Source of the DNA: Andalucia godoyi And28 | Taxonomy: Eukaryota > Protista > Jakobida | DNA length: 64,000 nucleotides | Reading direction: 5' to 3' | NCBI GenBank assembly: GCA_009859145.1 | Contig: VRVR01000011.1 | Coordinates: 140,292-204,291, forward strand | In this document: positions 21,597 through 31,900 of the stretch, one piece after another | Position numbering within the stretch: the first letter of the stretch is position 1 | Layout: each line of letters begins with the position of its first letter | Notes under the pieces: generated by a model | The model's input: the letters and a program-made list of their open reading frames with translations, nothing else | Told to the model about the DNA's origin: nothing | The model's database searches: none | Program-made: the position numbers and the translations under genes

Positions 21597-22235
21597 ATGA
21601 AGAAGACGACAGCTAGTTCCGCGCCAGATGTGATTCCTATTGAGAATGCAGCCATGCAGCCGTCTTCTGTTATCTACATTGGAAGACTGCCATCTGCATT
21701 CAGTGAAGAACCGCTGAAGAAGTTTCTTTCGCAGTTTGGAGATATTTCGCGCTTGCGAGTGTCGCGGAATAGGCACACGGGTAAAAGCAAGCACTATGCA
21801 TTTGTGGAATTTGCAGATGCAGAGGTTGCGTCGATTGTTGCGGAGACGATGAATAACTATTTGCTAGAGAATCACATTCTGCAATGCTCCGTTCTGTTGC
21901 GGAAGGACGTTCACACTGAGCTCTTCAAAGGATCAGGAAAGCCATTTGCTGCTTTGCCGACGACAGAGCTGCATGCAAATCGAGTGAATCGAAAGAGATC
22001 GCGAGAGGAAGAAAATGATCACGTCGAAAAGCTGCTCAAGAGCGAGTCCGCGAAACGGTCTCGCATTCAAAAGGCTGGAATCGAGTATGACTTTCCTGGG
22101 TATGCAAATGCCAAGAAATCTGAAAAGCCGTCCGCGTCAAGGACCGCCGATAAGAGCGTGACGAAGCATGCCAAGAAGACGGAAAGCAAGCCGAAAGCCT
22201 CGGCCATGCCTGATAGATTGTCAAGAAAAAAATAA
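21597..22235 (+). CDS. NIFK: Nucleolar RRM protein NIFK/Nop15
   Basis: VIYIGRLP, RLRVSRNRHTGKSKHYAFVEF, VAETMNNYLL, AGIEYDFPGY. Confidence 0.92.
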   Translation: MKKTTASSAPDVIPIENAAMQPSSVIYIGRLPSAFSEEPLKKFLSQFGDISRLRVSRNRHTGKSKHYAFVEFADAEVASIVAETMNNYLLENHILQCSVLLRKDVHTELFKGSGKPFAALPTTELHANRVNRKRSREEENDHVEKLLKSESAKRSRIQKAGIEYDFPGYANAKKSEKPSASRTADKSVTKHAKKTESKPKASAMPDRLSRKK

Positions 22236-22455
22236 AGGCATGTCGAAAGCTCATGGTCACCTGTCAATGCGCGCTTGGGAATTAGCGTTCCGTTGAGGTA
22301 AATAACACACACGCGTGCACACAGAAAGTTACAGTGCGCGTTTTCAGGAAGGAGGGATCAGCGGATTTTGTGGCTTGCGACGTATAGAGAACTGCTGTCA
22401 AACACCAGTGCACAGTGCATTGTGCACATAGGCTGTTTTTTTAATTGTTTTTTAT

Positions 22456-23274
22456 TTATTGCTTCTGGAAGTCGACAAAACCTCGTTCGCTGAAGATGAG
22501 TTGCATCTTTTCCAGAAATGGCTGCGGATCAATGCACGTATTCGTCTCTGCGGTGACTGGCATTTCTCGGAGTTGGACCTCCCGGTAGACAAAATGATCC
22601 TCCAGTCGTCCAAAGAACCTTGTGTCGTGACATCTCAGCAAGAGGCCATCGACGCGCAAAAAGTAACGCAGAAGAATTAGAAAGCACGACGGCATGACGC
22701 GCATCCGAGCTTTCAGATATGCAATACCGCAGTCTTCAAGGTCCGACTCAAACAGCACAACTTCATGATAGAACAAGATTGGATCCGGTCGTGTAAGCAG
22801 CGAAACATCAAACCCTTCTGGAGGTGCAGGTCGGAACCCAAGTTTCGCATACTGTTCATCTCCTGGTGCCACAATCGATGGATCGTCCTCGACTCCATTG
22901 CATATGAACTCTCCAGAGTATCGGACAGGAGTAAACGTCCAGTCAATTGGACTGAACTTTTTGAGTGTCGTCAGCTCATCCTTGTGTGCATTCTTCCAAA
23001 CTCTCGCCGAGGGCACCTCCAACGTCGACTCCTTTGCACAGGTGCACAGCGACCCGGCAGCGGTAAGTGCAATGCCAAGCCCCGAAGCGCGGTGAACGAG
23101 GCGAACGTGGTTTTCCGAGAAGAGCATCTCTGGCAAGCATGGCGACTTCACCAAATGCTCGATTGCTTCGCGTTGTGGAATCGACGCAATTGGGGAATGC
23201 CGGCGTGTCAGAACCGACCAATTCCCAATGTCAATACGATCATCATCTTTGTATTCTGGAGCATACGTCTTCAT
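22456..23274 (-). CDS. TIPRL: TIP41-like PP2A regulator
   Basis: LPEMLF, IDWTFT, DPILFYHEVVLFESDLEDCG, RVMPSCFLILLRYFLRVDG. Confidence 0.93.
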   Translation of the reverse strand: MKTYAPEYKDDDRIDIGNWSVLTRRHSPIASIPQREAIEHLVKSPCLPEMLFSENHVRLVHRASGLGIALTAAGSLCTCAKESTLEVPSARVWKNAHKDELTTLKKFSPIDWTFTPVRYSGEFICNGVEDDPSIVAPGDEQYAKLGFRPAPPEGFDVSLLTRPDPILFYHEVVLFESDLEDCGIAYLKARMRVMPSCFLILLRYFLRVDGLLLRCHDTRFFGRLEDHFVYREVQLREMPVTAETNTCIDPQPFLEKMQLIFSERGFVDFQKQ

Positions 23275-23665
23275 CGTCCCTCCTTTCCTCCTGTTTTTCG
23301 TTGATTCTCTTCTTCTGCTTTTTTTTTTTTTTTGTCTTTTTCTTTTTGCTTTCTCGATCTTTTTCTTCTTCTTTCAATCGACACAAGCCGTTCACTATCC
23401 CGAAAAAGCAATGTACTGCTAGTGCTCAGTGCTCAGAGCCAAGTGAATCTTTGGCCCACAAGGAGCTCAGGAAGTAGGGGAACTCCTCCGGATCATTGCA
23501 AGTGAACAGCATTCTCTTTTTATTTTTACAACCGCGAAGTTCACACATAGTCTTACAGAAAGACACATGCCTTTTTGGTTTGTTTTTTGAATAGAAAACT
23601 CACTCTTCATGTTCTTCTTCTTTTTTTAACAGATGACATTGAGCAATGGTGGTGATTTTCTTTGT

Positions 23666-23833
23666 TCAAATGTTTTTGGATGATTTAGCATCAAGGTTGT
23701 CTCTTGAGACGCGAACGGGGACGCCAGACTGTTCTACAGACAATTTGTAAATGTAGAATGCGAGTGCAAAGAGATGCAGTGCCACCAAGACAGCAACGAG
23801 CAGCGCCGCATTGCTTGAAATCGAAATATCCAT
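23666..23833 (-). CDS. Small (55 aa) single-pass membrane protein
   Basis: MDISISSNAALLVAVLVALHLFALAFYIYKLSVEQ...; one clean TM helix with His and a YxYKL motif, flanked by T-rich UTR-like DNA. Confidence 0.55.
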   Translation of the reverse strand: MDISISSNAALLVAVLVALHLFALAFYIYKLSVEQSGVPVRVSRDNLDAKSSKNI

Positions 23834-24091
23834 TGAGGAAGGCTGCACTATGTCTACGCTTCTTGCCTCTGAACTCCGAGATATGCAAGGCAGCAAACTG
23901 GCAAAGCAGAGAAGAGAGACCCAGTGACAGGCAGACAGACGCACCCAGATGCTCAAGTTCTGGAGGGCCGGCCTCAAGCCCCTGCCGGAAAAAACATTGA
24001 AAAGAGCCCAAGTAGCCAGAGAAGGTGGAAGGCGCGTGTGCGGGTGCAGGAGACTGGACAAGGAGTTGAAAAGCATCGGTGAGGGGGGAAA

Positions 24092-24355
24092 ATGTCGTTA
24101 TCAGAACGAGTGCAGCAGAAGCTGACGACTGTATTACAAGCATCGATTGTCCAAGTGGAGGAAATGCCAGGCAGTTCGTGTGGAGACAAGCTGCGCGTGC
24201 TTGTCGTGTCAAGTGCGTTTGATGGAAAGGGACTGTTGGACAGACAGAGATTGGTGAACGACACACTGAAAGAAGAGTTTAATGAAATACACGCACTCAC
24301 GTTCAAGAAGACGTGGACACCTGCTGAATATGAGGCCAAGAAACACACCTTGTAG
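24092..24355 (+). CDS. BOLA2: BolA-like protein (BolA2 type)
   Basis: SCGDKLRVLVVSSAFDGKGLLDRQRLVN, EIHALTFKKTWTP. Confidence 0.92.
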   Translation: MSLSERVQQKLTTVLQASIVQVEEMPGSSCGDKLRVLVVSSAFDGKGLLDRQRLVNDTLKEEFNEIHALTFKKTWTPAEYEAKKHTL

Positions 24356-24536
24356 TTTTAAAAAACCCTAATAAAACCGACGACAGGACTGGATGGCAGG
24401 CATCCCCCCTTTCGCTCCTCGTCCTCGTCCTCTTCTTCTTCTTCTTCTTCTTCTTCCTTTTATGTTGTTGCCTTTCCCCCCTCGGAGCGTAAAAGGTAAC
24501 TGTAATAATAATAAATGAAAGAAAGAAAAACAGAAT

Positions 24537-25874
24537 TCAGGACTGGTACACCCGCAGTGAGTTATCAGAAAGTCCGCAAAGAACATTGCCGGTTGCAGGA
24601 CACACACCGGATGAGACGAACGCAGGGGCGACATCCTGGAAATCCTGAGATGACAATGCAGAGCCAATCACGCTGACAATCGCATATTCATCGAGCGAGA
24701 ACGCGGAGAGTCCATACTCAGTCGAAGCAGTGCCCAGGATAACCATGTTTCGAAACGGATCGTAGCTTATTTGCGGAGCACGGACATGTGCATTATTAAA
24801 TTTCAAGGAAATGTCGGCTGCTGAACAAGACCGTTCTCTCATCAGAAGCACGGATTGGACACGCCCATTCGAACAAAAAACAGTCCGTGTCAATCCTCCG
24901 TTCGCATGGGAAAAGATCAGATCGGAGCCATCATTCGAAACGCGAACCACTGACTCCACAGGCTGTTCTTGAAGATACTGGTTCTGAACTGTACGCACAA
25001 CCTTGGATTGAAAACGCAGATCCCACACAGTATGGAGACCGTTCGTTCGGAGAGTCAGCAGTTGGTATTCTGAAATCGGTATCACATCCAAAATGGCAGA
25101 CGATGAAGAGGAAGAAGGCACATCTCCGAAAGCCTTTCTTTCGGAGGGCCCATGTCTTCCCGCGCCCAAAAATACGCTCTTTTGAAACCGAAGGTCAAAA
25201 AGACGCACTTTTCCATCCCGGCCGCCTGCAGCCAACGCGTTCATGACCGGAAGAAACGACACGGAAAAGTGCCCACCGCCTGTTGTCGACGTGTACGTAT
25301 GCACAGTCTTGCCACCGGAGCCCGCATCAATCAGCAGCACATCACGAGATGTCCCAAATCCAACTGCGAGGTACTTTGAAGAGCTGTCGGACCATGCAAC
25401 CGACTCAATCCGGTCATGCGCGGAAAAGTTTGCGATCCACAGTGGCGATTCCAAGGCCGTTTTCAAAAGTGTTAGTTTTCCATCCGTCGACGCAACAGCA
25501 GCAATTCGACAGTGTGATTGCGAAGGATGGAAGGCAATCCGAGAAATGTAAGGTTGAGTTCGAGCAGCTGCAATGGAAACGGGAGTAGGAGCACCACCAC
25601 GAGTATGCTGGCCAGGATAATCTGCTGTTAGCCGGACTTTGCGAATCAGTTTTGCGTTCCGAAACGAAAATATGTTCCGACGGCCACCAGACGGATCTCG
25701 GACAGCGCAACTCGAGCGAAATGCACGGAAACGCTCGACAATGTTGATCCCAAAGCGACGGGTTGCAGAATCCGCACTGAGATCACTCGATGAAAAAAAG
25801 AACCTTTCTGCCTCTGCCGGAGCACTTGGTGTCCGTTCCACGTCGACTGGTTTAAAAAACTGAAGTATAGACAT
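24537..25874 (-). CDS. WD40-repeat protein, possible DCAF
   Basis: WD-like repeats, GGRDGKVRLFDLR and HTVWDLR; start placed at MSILQFFKP because the upstream part is T-rich. Confidence 0.7.
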   Translation of the reverse strand: MSILQFFKPVDVERTPSAPAEAERFFFSSSDLSADSATRRFGINIVERFRAFRSSCAVRDPSGGRRNIFSFRNAKLIRKVRLTADYPGQHTRGGAPTPVSIAAARTQPYISRIAFHPSQSHCRIAAVASTDGKLTLLKTALESPLWIANFSAHDRIESVAWSDSSSKYLAVGFGTSRDVLLIDAGSGGKTVHTYTSTTGGGHFSVSFLPVMNALAAGGRDGKVRLFDLRFQKSVFLGAGRHGPSERKAFGDVPSSSSSSAILDVIPISEYQLLTLRTNGLHTVWDLRFQSKVVRTVQNQYLQEQPVESVVRVSNDGSDLIFSHANGGLTRTVFCSNGRVQSVLLMRERSCSAADISLKFNNAHVRAPQISYDPFRNMVILGTASTEYGLSAFSLDEYAIVSVIGSALSSQDFQDVAPAFVSSGVCPATGNVLCGLSDNSLRVYQS

Positions 25875-26244
25875 CCATCTGCCAATGCTTCCGAAACCGT
25901 CAAAAAACAGAAACACGCACACACAAAAAAAAAACCACATCAGCGGGAAAGCTGGAGAAAGAATTCCATTGAAGACACGATAAACAGCTGGCGGGAAAAA
26001 GGAAATGGAAAAGGAAAAGGAAAAAAAGAAAGGACTTGTAAACCTACAACAGTTTTGCTTGGAAGCTGAAAACCCGTTTCCAAGCAGCATCAGGGATCGG
26101 GGAAACTGGAGAGAGCACATTCAACTCACTTTTCAAACTTATTACAAACCTGTTACAAACCTACTGACTTACTGGTTTACTTAGCTGGGGGCTGGATCAA
26201 CATAGTCTCCTTCTTGTTTTTGTAAATACGCTCGGCAGAAAAGC

Positions 26245-28425
26245 ATGGATATGAATTTTGAAGGGCTTCTTCCGTCGGAGCCGTCCGCTGACTATGATCC
26301 AGCTGACTCGGTACAGGCACCAAGCCAGCTGCAACCGGCAAATGAGCGCTCTGTGCATCCGTTTTCTTTTGATTTCCACCAGAATAAGACCATGGATGCG
26401 CGGTCAAATGACGAGTATGTGAAACTCCGCCAGGCATTCGAACGGGAACAGAAAATCAACCAGGACCAGTTTGAGCAGATGTGCAAAATGACGCAGCAGC
26501 TCAACGCAATGCACCAACAGATGTCGCAGGATCAAACCAAATCGATACGCCAAAAGAACGAAATGACAGAAATGCAAAGGAAAAGCAGGATACTGTCTAA
26601 AATTGTGGCGTCCGAAGAGATGCTCGCCGAAAAGATACACCTCAAGCAAGAGGAAAGCAATTCGAAGATCAGAGAACTGTACGCTCGGAATTCTGAGCTC
26701 AGAGGGCAAATCGTTGTTCTGTCAAGACAAATGAAGGAAGTCGATACCGAAAAGGAAAGGAAGGCGAAGCACATGGAAGTTATGTCCAAAGACCTGCAGG
26801 CCGTGCAATCGGAAAAAGAAGAACTGCAGCTTCGGCTGCACGAATGGTCTAGAAAATGGACAGCAAGAGAAGAAAACATGAAAAAAGTGGCGGTGCTTGT
26901 CCAGACATTACAATCCAAACTGGATATGATGACACAAAATCAGCTCGTTCTCGCAAAGCAAGTCAACGAGCTCAGAGAGTGGATTTCGCAAGCCAAGAAT
27001 CCGTACGAGCTTGACAAGGAACTCATCGATGAAACGGAAAAGCGAAAGTGGAATGAAACAACTGTGAAGCAGCTGCAACAAGACGTGGATAGACTGCGAG
27101 CTGCGCTGGAGATTGCACACACCACAATCGGAGACAACAAGAAGGTGATCTATGATCTGCAGCACGAGACAGAACGAAAATCGGAAGTCATCGCGTCTCT
27201 GGAGGCTCTGCCAAGTCGTAGTGTCGCTGGTGGAGAAATCAGGTCTCCTTCGAAACTGGCCAGGACCTCCTCCGGGAGAGACGGAAAGTATCTCAATCCT
27301 GATCAAAAGAAGAGTGAATCGATTGGAAGAGAATCGGGGGACAGGAGTGAAAATGACGTTTTTGACAAGGTTAAAGACCACGAGGACGGGGACGAGGACG
27401 GGGACGAGGACGGGGACGAGGACGAGGATGAGGATGAGCGAGAGGTAGTGGTGCTCACTTTGGGCAAGGAGCTATTTGATGCACAGAAGAGACTGGAAAC
27501 ACTGGAGAGGCAGCACAGAGACAAAGTCGACGATGCTAAAATCTTGTCCAGGAAGCTGGACGCCGCAGACTCTTTGAAGGAGAAGTACGAATTCGAAAGA
27601 AATCAAGCCGTGGAGGAGGTGAAGAGTCTCAAAGCACTCTACGAGAAAACAGCGCGTTCTGAAGAGGCCTATTTTCGCAAAATTCAAGAGCTGGAGGAGA
27701 AGCTAAGGAAGGTCAAGCAGCTGCCAAAGGAGAACAAAGAACTTGAAGGACAAAGAGAAAAGGTTATGAAGGAGAATCGATCTCTGATCAACGTGAATGA
27801 AAAGCTGTCTAACGCTGCAAGGCGGGAACAAGCGAGAGCACAGGATCTTGCCAGTCATCTGGAGAATGCAAAAAGGCACATCGAGGATCTCGAAGGAGAG
27901 TGTGCCGTTCTCCGGAAAGCATCTTTGGATGCCGGTTCGCGAAATGAGCAACTTTCAGCTGATTTCAGGGCGCACGTTCGATCTGCGGACAAGAAAGAGG
28001 AGGAGTTGGTCCAGAGGTCTTCCTCTCTGCAGAAAGAACTGGAAGTGGTTCGGGATGTGAACAGAAAGCTATCCTCTCAAGCTGACCTTTTAGTTGCCGA
28101 AAAAATCAACTTGCAAGATGCTCTTGATGCCGAACGAGCCGCACGGTTGGAAGCAGAGCTGAAGGGATATGTGAATCCTGAAGTGGAGGACGACAGTCCA
28201 GGAAATGCACAGCAGGTCAAGGATTTGCGAGACAGAATGCGGCGTCTCGAAGAACTGCTGGAAACAGAAAGACGGAAATCCGAGGACCAGTCTGCTGAAA
28301 TCGCGCAACTCCGTCGGCAGGCCGGTTTGTTTCAGACGCGACTGTCCGCTTTACAAGAGGAAAAGAGAGCATCGGAAGAAGAGTTATTCAACATTAAGGC
28401 GGCTGCATCTGGCAAAGAATCATAA
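26245..28425 (+). CDS. Long coiled-coil protein, unassigned
   Basis: 726-aa ORF rich in E/K/Q/L heptads, with an acidic DEDG repeat. Confidence 0.85.
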   Translation: MDMNFEGLLPSEPSADYDPADSVQAPSQLQPANERSVHPFSFDFHQNKTMDARSNDEYVKLRQAFEREQKINQDQFEQMCKMTQQLNAMHQQMSQDQTKSIRQKNEMTEMQRKSRILSKIVASEEMLAEKIHLKQEESNSKIRELYARNSELRGQIVVLSRQMKEVDTEKERKAKHMEVMSKDLQAVQSEKEELQLRLHEWSRKWTAREENMKKVAVLVQTLQSKLDMMTQNQLVLAKQVNELREWISQAKNPYELDKELIDETEKRKWNETTVKQLQQDVDRLRAALEIAHTTIGDNKKVIYDLQHETERKSEVIASLEALPSRSVAGGEIRSPSKLARTSSGRDGKYLNPDQKKSESIGRESGDRSENDVFDKVKDHEDGDEDGDEDGDEDEDEDEREVVVLTLGKELFDAQKRLETLERQHRDKVDDAKILSRKLDAADSLKEKYEFERNQAVEEVKSLKALYEKTARSEEAYFRKIQELEEKLRKVKQLPKENKELEGQREKVMKENRSLINVNEKLSNAARREQARAQDLASHLENAKRHIEDLEGECAVLRKASLDAGSRNEQLSADFRAHVRSADKKEEELVQRSSSLQKELEVVRDVNRKLSSQADLLVAEKINLQDALDAERAARLEAELKGYVNPEVEDDSPGNAQQVKDLRDRMRRLEELLETERRKSEDQSAEIAQLRRQAGLFQTRLSALQEEKRASEEELFNIKAAASGKES

Positions 28426-28971
28426 CTGCATTCTTCTGAGTGCCGGGTTTTTTATTTTAAATACTAAATAAACAAATAACTTGCAAACTTCTTTTCTTCA
28501 CCACCTGTCGCCCGCCCCGTCCCCGCCCCCGCCACTACCCCAATGCAATCATGATGCTTTATCCGTCCGTTCGACCTCCCGCCTGGAAAGTGAAAGAACA
28601 AGGAACAAAAACACGCGTGGTGGAGACACGCCTCGAATAGTATGCTTCTACGGCGACTCAAGCATCCCACTTGAACACGTGGCCGTCAGATCAGAACTCG
28701 GGGCAGAAGTGATGCTTGATTCTAGAACAGACTTTCCTTTGCAGTGTTGTGCGCACCATATTCGATCCTACCAATCTCACACTCGCCAATTTTTCCATTT
28801 TTTCTTTTCTTTCGACTTTTCCTGTTGTTACTTGAACTTGCTTGCTCAACAAAAATAATAATATTATTATTAATAACAACAAAGAACAAAGAACAAAAAA
28901 CGAAAAACACACATCTTACCTTCCCAAGTTTCTCTCGCATCCTTCAACTTTGTGCACTATTCTAGGAAAAT

Positions 28972-31900
28972 ATGGTGCGCATCAAAACACGCTTGAATGT
29001 TTCGAACCCTGCTACTGAATTGCAGAAAGCCATTTCGCGGCTTGCGACTTGCAAGTCGAAGCAGGACTGGATCGCTGCGTGGAGCGATACCTCTGTGCTC
29101 CTTCACGTGAAGTATAGCACGAGATCTCGACATGACTTGCTGTATTGGGTGCCTGTATTAAACGCACTTGATGCGTCTCTTGCGGACGCAGATCCGGAAG
29201 ATGAGGAGTTCGTTGCTGTGCTTTTGCGCATTTTCCGCTACTTGCTTGTGAATGCTTCTCATTCCCACTATTTCTCGTCGTATGATACGTTGAGAAAGCT
29301 GTTGTTTTCGCCGAGCCTTCCTGTGCTGAACATGGCGCTGGATCTGCTACTTGTTCTTATTCGTCCGCCTTTTCGTGTTAAGGACCAAGAGTTTGCTCGC
29401 TTCAGTCCTCTTATCGCGGTTCTATCATATTCCCTTCCCAAGGATCCCATCGAGAAATATAGAGTCGGATCTATTGCGTTTTCGTCTTCCGAGGTTGTGC
29501 AAGTTCAGTCGTATGCGCAATTGGAGTCGTGGTTTTCTACAATTGGGGCCAAGGAGGCTGGGGAAGACCGGGAAGAATTCAAATTTGCTGTCTGGATTCG
29601 CATTCTTCAGATTAGATGCGAGACAATCTCTTCTGATCGGTTGCATGACTATTGGAGCCAAATTCGTTTTCGCGCTTGTTCCATCCTGTCCTTTGATCGC
29701 AGCAACCTCACTTCGGTAATTACCGTGTTCCATTTTCATCCGAATTTGTTAGATGAAATTTGCGATATCCTACTGTCCCCGTCGGCTCTTTTTACTGTCA
29801 AGACTGCTGCCGTCGAGTGCCTCTCCGGTTTGTTCATCGATATGGATCGGTCGGAAGTGGAAAGCGCATTGCAGCAGACACAACTCGGCGAGTTTTCTGG
29901 AGTGTTCCCGACATTTCTGCGAAACAAGGCGTATTTGGTTGTGGACAATCTTCCTTTTTTGGAATCTCTCCTGGAATGTTTCATCCTCCTTTCTCAGTCT
30001 AGCACAGGCCTGAAAGCTCTGCAATCTTCAAAGCTGATCGATTTCTATGCCAATTATTTCTTGTCCTTGTCGGGAGACGACATCATATCTTTTGCAAAGA
30101 TTTGTTCCCCAGTACTCGATCTCCTGGAAACGTTTCTGAGTCCGGGGCTTAATATTCCTTTCCCCTTCATTGATCTTGAACTGAAGTTTCTTCACACATG
30201 CGTTGAGTGGCTGAAGTTACGCCACTTTGATCAGCAGTCTCAGTTCAGCGATGTATCCTTTGCGTGTATGCAGTCGTGTTTAATACCGGCTCTAACAGCT
30301 GTTTGTGTCGCGCTGCAGAGTTCGCAAGGAAATTCTTTTCGCGCAGCGGTCATTGCATCGCATTTCGTTGCTGATTTGGATTTTCTGCTTTCAAATTTCA
30401 CGGCCTTCGATGGAATTGTCGTTTCGTTTGTTGTGAGTGCACTTTCAGCCTTTCTGCAACAATCTCCTACATCCATCCCAAATCTCCTTCCGACTGGAAT
30501 TTTACAAAGGGTCTTTGATATCTTTTCTCTTCCGGCCGACCAGCTGCTGATGGAAACCGTAGTGGTGTCCATGCGTTTTGTGAGCTCTGTGTGTCTGATG
30601 GAGGAAGGCCGGGCTCTTTTCCGGCAAAACGGGCAGCTGTCTGCTTTGTCCAAGTTCTTTACGGATCCATCATATTCTCTCATCGCAAGTGGGAAGTGCG
30701 CTGTGACTCTTGGAATACATATCGAAGAGTTTATTCGCCACAATCCGGAATTTGTGATGGATGCAGCAGGTCAGTTGCATGGGATTTTGATGTCGTTGGT
30801 TTCCCTTATCACGGACGTCTGCGGTCCCAAGACAGCGGCAGCAGATCTGGAGACGGTGAAACTGATGGCGTACAATGTTGTTCGCGTTCTTGACCCGGTA
30901 TTCTCCTCTCGAACTTCAATTACTCTGACTCTCGTTGAAAAGGGCTCGCTGTCCGCGATTGCAAATTTGCTGACGAACGAAACGGTGCTGACCGTTTTCG
31001 GAGACACCTTGAGCCAACTTGTCAAGCTTTTTGCTGGCCCTGTGGGGACTCGCACAGCCTCGTCGGTCTCCATCTTGAACGAGCTCTGTAAATCCGTTTT
31101 GTCCTCTCCGCATCCCACAAATGTCAAGCTACTCATTGTCGAAAAGTGTCTTTCCATTCTGCTGATCGCTGTACAGGATGCGCGCTCGCATGATCCGCAA
31201 CTGCTGGAGTCCATTTACCGCGTCCTTCCTTTGCTAAAAGTTCCTGTTTCTGTGTTTACACCGAATGCGAAGCCCGTTGTCGATCGCGAAGTGTTCAGGT
31301 TTTTCCGAACAGTGCGCTCGTTTGTTTTGCATGTTGTGGGCAGAACGTCTCGCCTCGCGGACAGTGAGTCTCTTCGGTTTGTGCAGCCAACTTGCTTGCT
31401 TTTTGCAGATCTAGATCCATCTTGCATTAAGCTCGCATCATCGTTATTCGATGAGAGCGGCAGGTTCCCGAAGCTTGAGGTGTTGTTTGACGCGTTTTTC
31501 TCTGCGTTGAACGCGCGTCTTTCAGTGCAGACCGAGGCGACACATCGGAAGGAAATTGCGGCAGCAATACTCCCGTTTGTGGAGAAGGCATTTCGTTATC
31601 GTGCTGTTGCGTCATCCGCAGTGTTGGTTTCAAACAAGGAATTTTTAGGGAAGTGGCGAAATTACTGTGCACGGTTGGTGTTGATATTCAGAGATCATCA
31701 GCTGTGGGACGCATCGCTATGTGCAGTTTTGTCAGAAATTGCATTTACATTCGGAAAGCAGTGGGATTCGCTGGTGTCACCGTCGACGGACGCCGAACCG
31801 ACGTCCATTTCAGCGCCAGATGCGCCAGCGATTCCTCGACGGTCACAAACCGAGCGTCGCGCAGCCAGGAGTGCGCAACGCGAAGGACAGGTACAGTCGT

